Numbered from the stretch's first letter, positions 10,929 to 25,449 are shown. The stretch is DNA of 64,000 bases from Convolutriloba macropyga (GCF_964194025.1 NC_134478.1:34038001-34102000); one strand, 5' to 3'. The notes: generated by a model not told the origin, from the sequence alone. Made by a program: numbers and translations.

Positions 10929-13900
10929 TGTGCCCCTGTGTCAGTCCAGTTTCAGTTATAAAGTTTTTTCCATTTGTTGCAATTGTCACATCTGCAAATT
11001 ATACGCCAAGAGCATTGGTTTGTTAGGCTGAATTGAGTTGTGAAAAAGTGCCAGTATGCTTCGGTGATAGTGTGTTTGTTTATGTTGCCTCCAAATTTTT
11101 GAATACTTCTATTTACAACGTTGTAGAGTTGTTTCTTTCGGTGGAATAAGTTTTCATCTGATTTGACAAGTCGGTTATTTTCGATTTTCAATTCACCTCT
11201 ACAGTGTTGCCTTGTCCTCTCGTCTTCATGGGTTTTAAAAGTTGTCGGAATGTCAAATTCATTGTGTGTAATAGCTAGGAAGAGAAGAAGATCGTGCAGT
11301 TCAACGTAGTGACAGAGTGGGAGGAATTTCAGGCTAATGAGACGTTCGTTGTAACTTTGAAGTGAAATTCCTAGAACCCATTTAGTGGCCATGATCTGCT
11401 TTTTTTCAATTTTGTACATGTTAGTGCGGATTGGCGACTAAACTTGTGAGTAGTACGTCAGTATTGGAACAATATAACCAGTATAGCAGTTCATTTTGGT
11501 TGACGTGGAGCTGATGGCTGACATATTTCTTTTTATTTGGAAAAAGCACTAGTCGTTATTTGCACTCTGTGGTTGCAGTTGCCTTGCCATGAGAGATTTG
11601 ATGTAATTATTAATCCAAGGTCCTTTTGGGATTCAATTGGTTTTATTTCCTGGCCACACATAGATGTCGTGAGATTACTCCTAACATTTAACACCTTTCA
11701 TTTGTTCGCATTTAACTCCATTCCATTCTCTCGGCACCAGTTTTCAATATTTTTTTGCGCTTCTGTCCAGTTTTACCTGATCATGAATTATGAATTTATA
11801 GTCGTCTGGAAATCCAAAACCTTCAATATTGGGGTTTGCATCTAGCAAGTCATTTAAAAAAATTAAGAACAGTAGTGGTCTAAGTATGGAACTTTGTGGG
11901 ACTCTACTTGTTACGTTCTCCAAACTTGAACAACAATTTCCAATTTTGATAAATTGTTTTCTATCTTGAAAGTATGAGTGCAAGAGTAATAATATATTCC
12001 CTCCTACATCAAAAGAGTTGACTAATGAGAAGGTGATGTGGTACTTTAACAAATGCTTTTGAAAAATCTAAGTGGAGGATATTAATGTCGTCCGATGAAA
12101 AGGTGTCAAATTTGCGATATACTATGTCGAGAAACAGTAGAAGTTGAGTGGTTGCCGATCTCTTCTTTCGAAAGCCGAATTGATTTTCGTTTAATCTGTG
12201 ACGACAATGAGAATTATGTTACCAAAGTTATCGGGTCCATTTGACTTGTTGAGTTGTATATTTGTTATCAATTTTTCTGTTATATGCAGAGAATTAAATT
12301 TTCTCCTCAAGACTGTTGGTTTGTAATCAACTTAGTTACTGTACACTTTTTGGAAGAATGAGTTGAAAAGTTCTGCTTTCTTTTGATCGGTTCTAGCGCT
12401 CGTGTTTTCATAATTTACAATGGGTGGTATGGAAGGGCTCTTTCTTATTGCCGTGAGATATTTCTGTATATTACTGAACTGTCGCCCTGCGAAAATTTCG
12501 GATTCAAAATTTGATTGATCTTTCTCCATTTCAATTGATATATGTTTCGCAAGTTTCTTTAATTTGAGGATCCTGCTCAGATTCATTGTCTGCAATCGTT
12601 TCTTTTTAGTTTCCAGTTTCTTGATTAGATGGGATGTTGATGGTGCTACCTACGGGGGAAGTGAGACGCGATGTCGCGTGACTTTAGGAATGTTTGCTTC
12701 GAGGATCTTGTCAGAGCAGGGTTTTTGATTTGTGGGGTATTTAGAAAAAAGATTTTTGTCCAGCTCGCAGCCTTTTTTTGGGTCGAGGTTGTTGACTAGG
12801 ACTACATCAAATTGTCTCTTAGCAATGTTTAAAAAATTTAATCCAAACATATTTTCAATGAATGCATTCTCAAAATCATCACTTGCGCTCATTGATTCCC
12901 ATTCAGTTTTGGAAAAATTTATGTCTCCCGTCAGTATCGTGTTTTCAAAGATCTGATTTGAGCGTATTAATTCAATTTGATAAAGTAGGTTTGATAGTTG
13001 TCCAGGTGACCATATGAATGGACTTCCAGTGGGTGGATTGTAGACACAGCAGATTAATATAGGTTTTGGTTTATTGTAGTTTTTGATTGCCACATAATCG
13101 TCATGTACTATGCTTAGGTTTACTTGCTCATGCTCAATCTGATTTCGGATTCCTATTAGAACACCGCCATGTTTAGAAGTGAACATATCTGGGTCCATAT
13201 TTTTTCGATATATGCTGTAATTTGGCAAGAACAATGCAGTACTTGGCACATGTGGTGTGAGCCAGGTTTCTGTCAGACAAAGGGGATCGTATTTCAGAGT
13301 TGCGATTGCGAATACAACTCTTCGAATTGTTTGAGAATACAACTCTTCTTTCTAGGCTTAGAAGGCTTCTGACGCTAAACGTTAGCATTTTGATTGAGGT
13401 TAGTCAAGACCCATCTCCATCTTCTGAGGAAGAGTTTTCAGTGTTTGCGTTGGAGTTGGTGTTGGTTACCCATGCAACATTTACCTTTACTTCCACTCTT
13501 AGATTTCGAATACGAATTTCTTTGCGATCAAATTTATTTTCGTCTATGGTTTTCGGCGGGTTTTCAGATATTCGTTTTTTTTAGCATCAACTGGTGACAA
13601 ATAAGGGCTCACGAAAGCTTGCTTGTTGAAATCCTTAAAGCGATAAGCAGACATCAGTACTAGGTTTTTGCTGATTGGGTTTTCTAGATGTATCAGAATC
13701 GTGCCTGGGAATGACTTTGTGGATTCGTATCATCCAATGCGTTGAATTTTGCTAAATTTCTTGTCTTCAATGTTGAGAAAGTCCAGCATCTCTTCTATAG
13801 CCGCCACCTCGGCGTGAATTTGTTCATCGGCCGATTTTGACGTGAGCTCAGGTGCTCCACGGACGCAAACATCAAAACCGTCATTTAATTTTGTGTTATG

Positions 13901-14066
13901 AAATGCTGGTTTAGTCGCAGCTTTTGTTACATTTCCAAGGGACTGGGCGTAGTTTTTTGGTTTTTTCAGTTCACTGAGGTCAAATTTTACGGTCTCTATC
14001 ATGTGGTTTGATTTTTCGAGTTTTTGTGCAAACATTTTCGATTGCTCCTTGATTTCAATGAGCTTC
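10929..14066 (-). mobile_element. Internally deleted, 5'-truncated CR1/L2-type LINE (same family as 25450-30240)
   Basis: Colinear with ~25480-28995, with deletions near 12210 and 12708; APE motifs LTETWL, HGGV, GDIN; frameshifted RT fragments. Confidence 0.88.
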
Positions 14067-14510
14067 ATGCTCTAGGAATGTTTGCTTCGAGGATCTTGTC
14101 AGAGCAGGGTTTTTGATTTGTGGGGTATTTAGAAAAAAGATTTTTGTCCAGGTCGCAGCCTTTTTTTTGGGTCGAGGTTGTTGACTAGGATTACATCAAA
14201 TTGTCTCTTAGCAATGTTTGAAAAATTTAATTCAAACATATTTTCAATGAATGCATTCTCAAAATCATCACTTGAGCTCATTGATTCCCATTCAGTTTTG
14301 GAAAAATTTATGTCTCCCGTCAGTATCGTGTTTTCAAAGATCTGATTTGAGCGTATTAATTCAATTTACATTTCCAAGGGACTGGGCGTAGTTTTTTGGT
14401 TTTTTCAGTTCACTGGGGTCAAATTTTACGGTCTCTATCATGTGGTTTGATTTTTCGAATTTTTGTGCAAACATTTTCGATTGTTCCTTGATTTCAATGA
14501 GCTTCATGCT

Positions 14511-14916
14511 CTAGATTCGAACGACAAACATAAATCCAGATCAACAGAAACGCGGCAAAATGAAAACTTCGAGGTTCCTTTTAACAGGATGAAGAAGACC
14601 GATACATATTTTTGGACACGGACTGCGCGACTTATGAACATCTTAAACCAGCAACCAGCACATACCTGAGAATGAGTTACCAAAATCACGACTGATAAAG
14701 GTGTATCACGAATTCATCGATAGGAGCTACAATTGACACCACGAGAATTATAATATAAAAAGGACCGTGTACACCATCCGGCAACGACGGATGTAGGTCG
14801 GAACAAAAGGGATGATGAGTAGCACTTAGACGGATGCTGCACTCTAAGTTGTTCCCCTCCAGACAGTGTAAAGACGGCCCAGTCACAAAAATATATAACA
14901 AGTGGAGAGGAAAGCA

Positions 14917-14958
<42 letters not shown>
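14511..14958 (+). mobile_element. 3' fragment of another CR1/L2-type LINE ending in (TA)n (duplicate of 21307-21746)
   Basis: ENFEVPFNRMKKTDTYFWTRTARLMNIL resembles LINE ORF2 C-termini; (TA)n at ~14920-14958. Confidence 0.6.
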
Positions 14959-14959
<1 letters not shown>

Positions 14960-14962
<3 letters not shown>

Positions 14963-15172
14963 GCACACATAAGGAACTGGTAAGGAAGGATTAAAATAAA
15001 AATAGGACATCAAGGAAGGAGCAAAGAAACAAAGTTAAGCAGCTCTATACTCAGTGCAGCCTTCCCTCCTCCACAACGGAGCTAACTGAAGTCTCACTGA
15101 GAACAGGAGGCTTGAGGGCGCGACATCCCTTCAATCAGAGAGAACAGCTCCTCAGAACTGCGAAGCTGATTT
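14960..15172 (-). mobile_element. Duplicated 3' end of CRE-like element
   Basis: Near-identical to ~21750-21962. Confidence 0.8.
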
Positions 15173-18100
15173 TCGATGAAAAGGTGTCAAATTTGCGATA
15201 TACTATGTCGAGAAACAGTAGAAGTTGAGTGGTTGCCGATCTCTTCTTTCGAAAGCCGAATTGATTTTCGTTTAATCTGTGACGACAATGAGAATTATGT
15301 TACCAAAGTTATCGGGTCCGTTTGACTTGTTGAGTTGTATATTTGATATCAATTTTTCTGTTATATGCAGAGAATTAAATTTTCTCCTCAAGACTGTTGG
15401 TTTGTAATCAACTTAGTTACTGTACACTTTTTGGAAGAATGAGTTGAAAAGTTCTGCTTTCTTTTGATCGGTTCTAGCGCTCCTGTTTTCATAATTTACA
15501 ATGGGTGGTATGGAAGGGCTCTTTCTTATTGCCGTGAGATATTTCTGTATATTACTGAACTGTCGCCCTGCGAAAATTTCGGATTCAAAATTTGATTGAT
15601 CTTTCTCCATTTCAATTGATATATGTTTCGCAAGTTTCTTTAATTTGAGGATCCTGCTCAGATTCATTGTCTGCAATCGTTTCGTTTTAGTTTCAAGTTT
15701 CTTGATTAGATGGGATGTTGATGGTGCTACCTACGGGGGAAGTGAGACGCGATGTCGCGTGACTTTAGGAATGTTTGCTTCGAGGATCTTGTCAGAGCAG
15801 GGTTTTTGATTTGTGGGGTATTTAGAAAAAAGATTTTTGTCCAGCTCGCAGCCTTTTTTTGGGTCGAGGTTGTTGACTAGGACTACATCAAATTGTCTCT
15901 TAGCAATGTTTAAAAAATTTAATTCAAACATATTTTCAATGAATGCATTCTCAAAATCATCACTTGCGCTCATTGATTCCCATTCAGTTTTGGAAAAATT
16001 TATGTCTCCCGTCAGTATCGTGTTTTCAAAGATCTGATTTGAGCGTATTAATTCAATTTGATAAAGTAGGTTTGATAGTTGTCCAGATGACCATATGAAT
16101 GGACTTCCAGTGGGTGGATTGTAGACACAGCAGATTAATATAGGTTTTGGTTTATTGTAGATTTTGATTGCCACATAATCGTCATGTACTATGCTTAGGT
16201 TTACTTGCTCATGCTCAATCTGATTTCGGATTCCTATTAGAACACCGCCATGTTTAGAAGTGAACATATCTGGGTCCACATTTTTTCGATATATGCTGTA
16301 ATTTGGCAAGAACAATGCAGTACTTGGCACATGTGGTGTGAGCCAGGTTTCTGTCAGACAAAGGGGATCGTATTTCAGAGTTGCGATTGCGAATACAACT
16401 CTTCGAATTGTTTTAGAATACAACTCTTCTTTCTAGGCTTAGAAGGCTTCTGACGTTAAACGTTAGCATTTTGATTGAGGTTAGTCAAGACCCATCTCCA
16501 TCTTCTGAGGAAGAGTCTTCAGTGTTTGCGTTGGAGTTGGTGTTGGTTACCCATGCAACATTTACCTTTACTTCCACTCTTAGATTTCGAATACGAATTT
16601 CTTTGCGATCAAATTTATTTTCGTCTATGGTTTTCGGCGGGTTTTCAGATATTCGTTTTTGTTAGCATCGACTGGTGACAAATAAGGGCTCACGAAAGCT
16701 TGCTTGTTGAAATCCTTTAAGCGATAAGCAGACATCAGTACTGGGTTTTTGCTGATTGGGTTTTCTAGATGTATCAGAATCGTGCCTGGGAATGACTTTG
16801 TGGATTCGTATCAACCAATGCGTTGAATTTTGCTAAATTTCTTGTCTTCAATGTTGAGAAAGTCCAGTATCTCTTCTATAGCCGCCACCTCAGCGTGAAT
16901 TTGTTCATCGGCCGATTTTGACGTGAGCTCAGGTGCTCCACGGACGCAAACATCAAAACCGTCATTTAATTTTGTGCTATGAAATGCTGGTTTAGTCGCA
17001 GCTTTTGTTACATTTCCAAGGGACTGGGCGTAGTTTTTTGGTTTTTTCAGTTCACTGAGGTCAAATTTTACGGTCTCTATCATGTGGTTTGATTTTTCGA
17101 GTTTTTGTGCAAACATTTTCGATTGTTCCTTGATTTCAATGAGCTTCATGCTCTAGGAATGTTTGCTTCGAGGATCTTGTCAGAGCAGGGTTTTTGATTT
17201 GTGGGGTATTTAGAAAAAAGATTTTTGTCCAGGTCGCAGCCTTTTTTTGGGTCGAGGTTGTTGACTAGGACTACATCAAATTGTCTCTTAGCAATGTTTA
17301 AAAAATTTAATTCAAACATATTTTCAATGAATGCATTCTCAAAATCATCACTTGAGCTCATTGATTCCCATTCAGTTTTGGAAAAATTTATGTCTCCCGT
17401 CAGTATCGTGTTTTCAAAGATCTGATTTGAGCGTATTAATTCAATTTGATAAAGTAGGTTTGATAGTTGTCCAGATGACCATATGAATGGACTTCCAGTG
17501 GGTGGATTGTAGACACAGCAGATTAATATAGGTTTTGGTTTATTGTAGATTTTGATTGCCACATAATCGTCATGTACTATGCTTAGGTTTACTTGCTCAT
17601 GCTCAATCTGATTTCGGATTCCTATTAGAACACCGCCATGTTTAGAAGTGAACATATCTGGGTCCATATTTTTTCGATATATGCTGTAATTTGGCAAGAA
17701 CAATGCAGTACTTGGCACATGTGGTGTGAGCCAGGTTTCTGTCAGACAAAGGGGATCGTATTTCAGAGTTGCGATTGCGAATACAACTCTTCGAATTGTT
17801 TGAGAATACAACTCTTCTTTCTAGGCTTAGAAGGCTTCTGACGTTAAACGTTAGCATTTTGATTGAGGTTAGTCAAGACCCATCTCCATCTTCTGAGGAA
17901 GAGTCTTCAGTGTCTGCGTTGGAGTTGGTGTTGGTTACCCATGCAACATTTACCTTTACTTCCACTCTTAGATTTCGAATACGAATTTCTTTGCGATCAA
18001 ATTTATTTTCGTCTATGGTTTTCGGCGGGTTTTCAGATATTCGTTTTTTTAGCATCGACTGGTGACAAATAAGGGCTCACGAAAGCTTGCTTGTTGAAAT

Positions 18101-21100
18101 CCTTTAAGCGATAAGCAGACATCAGTACTAGGTTTTTGCTGATTGGGTTTTCTAGATGTATCAGAATCGTGCCTGGGAATGACTTTGTGGATTCGTATCA
18201 TCCAATGCGTTGAATTTTGCTAAATTTCTTGTCTTCAATGTTGAGAAAGTCCAGCATCTCTTCTATAGCCGCCACCTCAGCGTGAATTTGTTCATCGGCT
18301 GATTTTGACTTGAGCTCAGGTGCTCCACGGACGCAAACATTAAAACCGTCATTTAATTTTGTGCTATGAAATGCTGGTTTAGTCGCAGCTTTTGTTACAT
18401 TTCCAAGGGACTGGGCGTAGTTTTTTGGTTTTTTCAGTTCACTGAGGTCAAATTTTACGATCTCTATCATGTGGTTTGATTTTTCGAGTTTTTGTGCAAA
18501 CATTTTCGATTGCTCCTTGATTTCAATGAGCTTCATGCTCTAGGAATGTTTGCTTCGAGGATCTTGTCAGAGCAGGGTTTTTGATTTGTGGGGTATTTAG
18601 AAAAAAGATTTTTGTCCAGGCCGCAGCCTTTTTTTGGGTCGAGGTTGTTGACTAGGACTACATCAAATTGTCTCTTAGCAATGTTTAAAAAATTTAATTC
18701 AAAGATATTTTCAATGAATGCATTCTCAAAATCATCACTTGAGCTCATTGATTCCCATTCAGTTTTGGAAAAATTTATGTCTCCCGTCAGTGTCGTGTTT
18801 TCAAAGATCTGATTTGAGCGTATTAATTCAATTTGATAAAGTAGGTTTGATAGTTGTCCAGATGACCATATGAATGGACTTCCAGTGGGTGGATTGTAGA
18901 CACAGCAGATTAATATAGGTTTTGGTTTATTGTAGATTTTGATTGCCACATAATCGTCATGTACTATGCTTAGGTTTACTTGCTCATGCTCAATCTGATT
19001 TCGGATTCCTATTAGAACACCGCCATGTTTAGAAGTGAACATATCTGGGTCCATATTTTTTCGATATATGCTGTAATTTGGCAAGAACAATGCAGTACTT
19101 GGCACATGTGGTGTGAGCCAGGTTTCTGTCAGACAAAGGGGATCGTATTTCAGAGTTGCGATTGCGAATACAACTCTTCGAATTGTTTGAGAATACAACT
19201 CTTCTTTCTAGGCTTAGAAGGCTTCTGACGTTAAACGTTAGCATTTTGATTGAGGTTAGTCAAGACCCATCTCCATCTTCTGAGGAAGAGTCTTCAGTGT
19301 TTACGTTGGAGTTGGTGTTGGTTACCCATGCAACATTTACCTTTACTTCCACTCTTAGATTTCGAACACGAATTTCTTTGCGATCAAATTTATTTTTGTC
19401 TATGGTTTTCGGCGGGTTTTCAGATATTCGTTTTTTTTAGCATCGAGTGGTGACAAATAAGGGCTCACGAAAGCTTGCTTGTTGAAATCCTTTAAGCGAT
19501 AAGCAGACATCAGTACTAGGTTTTTGCTGATTGGGTTTTCTAGATGTATCAGAATCGTGCCTGGGAATGACTTTGTGGATTCGTATCATCCAATGCGTTG
19601 AATTTTGCTAAATTTCTTGTCTTCAATGTTGAGAAAGTCCAGAATCTCTTCTATAGCCGCCACCTCAGCGTGAATTTGTTCATCGGCCGATTTTGACTTG
19701 AGCTCAGGTGCTCCACGGACGCAAACATCAAAACCGTCATTTATTTTGTGCTATGAAATGCTGGTTTAGTCGCAGCTTTTGTTACATTTCCAAAGGACTG
19801 GGCGTAGTTTTTTGGTTTTTTCAGTTCACTGAGGTCAAATTTTACAGTCTCTATCATGTGGTTTGATTTTTCGAGTTTTTGTGCAAACATTTTTGATTGC
19901 TCCTTGATTTCAATGAGCTTCATGCTCTAGGAATGTTTGCTTCGAGGATCTTGTCAGAGCAGGGTTTTTGATTTGTGGAGTATTTAGAAAAAAGATTTTT
20001 GTCCAGGTCGCAGCCTTTTTTTGGGTCGAGGTTGTTGACTAGGACTACATCAAATTGTCTCTTAGCAATGTTTAAAAAATTTAATTCAAACATATTTTCA
20101 ATGAATGCATTCTCAAAATCATCACTTGAGCTCATTGATTCCCATTCAGTTTTGGAAAAATTTATGTCTCCCGTCAGTATCGTGTTTTCAAAGATCTGAT
20201 TTGAGCGTATTAATTCAATTTGATAAAGTAGGTTTGATAGTTGTCCAGATGACCATATGAATGGACTTCCAGTGGGTGGATTGTAGACACAGCAGATTAA
20301 TATAGGTTTTGGTTTATTGTAGATTTTGATTGCCACATAATCGTCATGTACTATGCTTAGGTTTACTTGCTCATGCTCAATCTGATTTCGGATTCCTATT
20401 AGAACACCGCCATGTTTAGAAGTGAACATATCAGGGTCCATATTTTTTCGATATATGCTGTAATTTGGCAAGAACAATGCAGTACTTGGCACATGTGGTG
20501 TGAGCCAGGTTTCTGTCAGACAAAGGGGATCGTATTTCAGAGTTGCGATTGCGAATACAACTCTTCGAATTGTTTGAGAATACAACTCTTCTTTCTAGGC
20601 TTAGAAGGCTTCTGACGTTAAACGTTAGCATTTTGATTGAGGTTAGTCAAGACCCATCTCCATCTTCTGAGGAAGAGTCTTCAGTGTCTGCGTTGGAGTT
20701 GGTGTTGGTTACCCATGCAACATTTACCTTTACTTCCACTCTTAGATTTCGAATACGAATTTCTTTGCGATCAAATTTATTTTCGTCTATGGTTTTCGGC
20801 GGGTTTTCAGATATTCGTTTTTTTTAGCATCGACTGGTGACAAATAAGGGCTCACGAAAGCTTGCTTGTTGAAATCCTTTAAGCGATAAGCAGACATCAG
20901 TACTAGGTTTTTGCTGATTGGGTTTTTTAGATGTATCAGAATCGTGCCTGGGAATGACTTTGTGGATTCGTATCATCCAATGCGTTGAATTTTGCTAAAT
21001 TTCTTGTCTTCAATGTTGAGAAAGTCCAGCATCTCTTCTATAGCCGCCACCTCAGCGTGAATTTGTTCATCGGCCGATTTTGACTTGAGCTCAGGTGCTC

Positions 21101-21306
21101 CACGGACGCAAACATCAAAACCGTCATTTATTTTGTGCTATGAAATGCTGGTTTAGTCGCAGCTTTTGTTACATTTCCAAGGGACTGGGCGTAGTTTTTT
21201 AGTTCACTGAGGTCAAATTTTACGGTCTCTATCATGTGGTTTGATTTTTCGAGTTTTGTGCAAACATTTTCGATTGTTCCTTGATTTCAATGAGCTTCAT
21301 GCTCTA

Positions 21307-21709
21307 GATTCGAACAACAAACATAAATCCAGATCAACAGAAACGCGGCAAAACGAAAACTTCGAGGTTCCTTTTAACAGGATGAAGAAGACCGATACAT
21401 ATTTTTCGACACGGACTGCGCGACTTATGAACATCTTAAACCAGCAACCAGCACATACCTGAGAATGAGTTACCAAAATCACGACTGATAAAGGTGTATC
21501 ACGAATTCATCGATAGGAGCTACAATTGACACCACGAGAATTATAATATAAAAAGGACCGTGTACACCATCCGGCAACGACGGATGTAGGTCGGAACAAA
21601 AGGGATGATGAGTAGCACTTAGACGGATGCTGCACTCCAAGCTGTTCCCCTCCAGACAGTGTAAAGACGGCCCAGTCACAAAAATATATAACAAGTGGAG
21701 AGGAAAGCA

Positions 21710-21746
<37 letters not shown>
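21307..21746 (+). mobile_element. 3' fragment of CR1/L2-type LINE ending in (TA)n
   Basis: Same sequence as 14511-14958; (TA)n at ~21713-21746. Confidence 0.6.
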
Positions 21747-21749
<3 letters not shown>

Positions 21750-21751
<2 letters not shown>

Positions 21752-24700
21752 GCACACATAAGGAACTGGTAAGGAAGGATTAAAATAAAAATAGGACATC
21801 AAGGAAGGAGCAAAGAAACAAAGTTAAGCAGCCCTACACTCAGTGCAGCCTTCCCTCCTCCACAACGGAGCTAACTGAAGTCTCACTGAGAACAGGAGGC
21901 TTGAGGGCGCGACATCCCCGCAATCAGAGAGAACAGCTCCTCAGTACTGCGAAGCTGATTTTCGATCGTTCGGATGTAGCTTATAGTGTCGGCGTACGGC
22001 TCTCCGCGTTTTTCGCTGGTTTTAGTTGCGAGTTGTTTCATAACGCGCGATGCTGATGGCCCAGCACCGCCCGAGCAAGCACAAACCATTGCTTTGAAAG
22101 TGCTGTGTTCGGTTTCGCGGATTCGGTCTTCGTATTTATTTCGCTTGATGCTCTCGTGATGTTTGTATGCATCTGTTATGGGCTTAGGGCAGCTCTTCGC
22201 GTGAGGGTTGAAAATCTTCACATCGAAGAAAGTGCGATTATAGCGGGAGCCCCACAGTCCGTTTGCCTTGATGTCCAGTCGAGCGTCATCATCAGTAGTG
22301 GTAAAATTACTCGAGAAAAATTCTCCATCGAACGACTGATGTTTTGGCTCTATCTGGACATCGTGGCAAACGTCATCCATCAGGTTTTATTTCGTTGTGA
22401 CGTAGGTGCGTACACCCGCTTTTGGCGCAATGAAGGGCATGGGTGAGGCTAAATTCTTTCCCGTATGGGCATATAGCTGGCGTGTTCTTCGCTTCCCAGT
22501 AGCGAAGTGCTATTCCATCACGGAACTCAGTCTTCGTGAGGTCAAAACCATGTTTTGATAACGGAAGCGCGTTAAGCCAGCTAGATGCTTCTTTCTCCGA
22601 GGCCAGCTGGGTGGTATACTTCATTTCTGGTAGATTGTTTTCGATTCTGGATTTTTTCGAGATGAGTTCACGTTGCATGTCTGCTTTCTGTCTGAGACTG
22701 ATATTGGTTTGTTCTAATTCACATTGTTGAATGAATGAATCATTATTAAATGACGCCAACGGAGTTGAGAGTTCAATTGATTTCTCAAGACTTTTATGAA
22801 GATCATGTGGGAGGGCGATTTTAAGCCCACCCATTCTGAGAGAGAGAAAAAAGTTCTCTTTCTTCTTGGATTATTTCTTTGCCGACGTTATTCGGTATGA
22901 CTCGGCCCAGCCGCCCCTCTAACTTGTCCAGAACCCCGTCCATTGAGGGTGTAGCACGCGAGAGGAAGCTCAACTTCTGTTGCACCCCCTTTGTCAAACA
23001 TGCATAGGTATTCTGCGGAGAGGTGAGAGCAAATTGACCAAGTGCAAATTTTTTGTGTATTTAAATTCTGCATCTTTCAGAAAATTTTTACTGGCCTCAG
23101 AGCTACCGATTACTGATCCCAGGACTCGAGTGCCCTGCGTGATTTCCACATTTGTGCCTTCAAACTCAATTGACACTTGGCGCTCGCCTCTTGGCTTAAT
23201 TATCAACTGACACTTCGGAGGATTGACAAGATATCCGTACTTGGGACCAATCTGAGTGAGCTTGTCAAAGAGTGCCCTGATATCTTTCAACTTTCCGAGG
23301 ACGCTACCATCATCAGCATACCATTTTTGTGTCAAGGAGTCATTGTGAAGTCTTGATATTAGGGGTAGGATTCCAATTCCATACATTGCCATTGCAAGGG
23401 GATCAACATGTGTCGTACCTTCCTGAGACAGAATGGTCGACATATCGATGTAGAGATGAGACGGATGGCTATAGGAATTCTGTAGGGCAACATGCAATGA
23501 TGGGCATAAGGCTTTCACGTTCTCTAATGCTGTTTGTCTATTGAGCACATTAAATGCGTTTTTGGCATCAATTAGTAGAATTGCTTCCTTTTTGGGTTCA
23601 TCAAAACTGTGGCGGAGCGAATGTATGGCGTGTTCTATGCCGCATTTTTGGCCCAGGCACAACTGCATGTTTCCACCGAGGGATGTTAGATCTTGCCTGA
23701 TGCAGTCGACGATTATGCGTCCGGTGATGCGACGCATTACTTTACCAATACCAAAAGGTCTCACACCTGGACATTTATCCAGAGCCACTAGTCGACCACC
23801 ATTGTATGCAATCAAATCATCTGGTGGTATGATGGACGTGGCCAGCCTATTAGCAAACTTGACAACAAGCTTGCACAGGTTCGTGGATGTCTGCCCGAAA
23901 GCAGAAAGTAGTCTACGCCAGTCATCGGCATCAAGACCTGAAGGCCCGGCACTGCCATGAGTCTTCATTGCATGCTTTTGGACAAGCCTAGCACTGATTT
24001 TGTCGAAAACAGCGGGGTGGTAGGGAAACGTGCGTGGATGTTAGCTCTCAATGCAGTTGCGCTCCAAGGGTTGCCCTTCAGGATGTTTGTCGCGTAAAAT
24101 CTCGTTGACCCGTCTACCGTCTATGAGAGCTGTAGGTGTCAGTACGCCGCTTTTATGCTCATCCAAAAAAACACGAATAGTTGTACTGATCTTACCAAGA
24201 GACATGAAATCGTTGAACATCTTGAGGTCAGAGTGTTGCTTTTTGCTCCTTGAATTAATTCTCATTTGGATTGTCTTCGCTTCACAGAGCAGTCCTGAGA
24301 AATTGCAGCTGTGCCATGCACGCAGTCTACACTTGATGGTCTTATTGTTCGATCCATCGTCCCTGTTCTTTGTTCGACTGAGAATTAAGTGCGGAAGTAT
24401 CATACAGAGGGTCAGAGATATATCGGATCTATCCGTGTCTGCGGCAATCGGGGAAAGGACACTGTGAAGGGCTTCGGCGAATTGTTCCCCTGTCTTGTTC
24501 TTACTGAGCGTGAAGAACGAGGGCTTCCATGTGACAATCTCGCGGTATATTTCGCGCACTGTTACCGCGTGATGAGGTTGGAAGTTATCCCAAAAAACTA
24601 TCCGATGGTGCGGCGACGGAACGTTCGGGGGGGGGGGGGTGCGATGTTGCAGGATCTATGAGTGAATTTCCGTAACGGTCAAATCAATGTGTGGTGCGGG

Positions 24701-24890
24701 CGTTGCGATTGCTGTTTCGGTGGCTGCGGTGGCCTCAGAGCAGCTTTTGCAGCTGAAGTTTTCGGTCCACTCTTTCGCTGCGGCTAGGCCACATATTTCA
24801 CGTGGAAATATTTATAGCACATATGACACCAGACGCCTCTTCTACGTATGGGACCTTGCAGAGTGGACAATGGGTTTGATCAGCCATCAG
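21750..24890 (-). mobile_element. Decayed CRE-like non-LTR retrotransposon (RT plus restriction-like endonuclease)
   Basis: RT: SAGPSG, LVALDKCPGVRPFGIG, IDAKNAFN, WYADD. C-terminal CPxG..HALHC knuckle, RHNEI, and RLDI..FFDVK PD-(D/E)xK-type nuclease; several frameshifts. Confidence 0.85.
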
Positions 24891-25374
24891 GCTACGGGCT
24901 AGGAGTCGGGAAAGCTGCACTTAGGGGACTAGATTAAGTTAATTACAGGAGAGTAATAGCAGCAACGATATTTAAAGTAATGAATGATGTTAAACAGAAT
25001 AATAGTGAAAACATGGTTTCCATGAAAGGAGAAGTGCACGGTGTCTTTACAGAACAGGTTAGGTTCAAGAAGATTCCTAAATGAGGGTGAAACAATAAAC
25101 AGCTTTAAGTTACAAGAATCAATATAATTAAAAAAAGCTTAGTTAAGGGCACTGATTTTCTTATTTATGAGGCGATTACAGCTGGTGGGTATAACTTTGG
25201 GAACAATCAAATTATTTGGGCTAAATTTAACAATAATGAGCTGAATGAGGAATTTCCAATGCTCTATGAAAGTTTCAATACTACTACGGTGATCATTGAA
25301 GCCAGCGATTACTACAACAGTGTTCAGTTTCTGATTTGGATATTGATTGATAACATCACTGAGATCTAGCAGTT

Positions 25375-25449
<75 letters not shown>
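25375..25449 (+). repeat. (TAG)n tract = (CTA)n 3' tail of the minus-strand CR1/L2-type LINE
   Basis: Perfect tract ~55 nt past the ORF2 stop at 25505. Confidence 0.9.

Larger units (their letters stand above)
14072..21300 (-). repeat. LINE-derived tandem array, 1387-bp unit (ORF1 C-terminus plus APE), with a 3081-bp higher-order duplication
   Basis: Near-identical ORFs at 17146, 18533 and 19920 (period 1387); 12650 and 15731 are offset by 3081; shared junction gagcttcatgctctag|gaatgtttg. Confidence 0.92.

Noticed and set aside
6-11026. Track ORFs spanning X runs (e.g. 321-899, 4213-4803, 8812-10008, 10388-11026)
   Set aside because: Artefacts of translating through N-runs.
16811-17811. ATGA stop-start overlap resembling operon translational coupling
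   Set aside because: Created by the tandem-duplication junction; both ORFs are LINE fragments.
24949-25369. Two-exon host gene remnant with GT-AG intron 25058-25181
   Set aside because: The open frames of the two candidate exons are not in phase after splicing.
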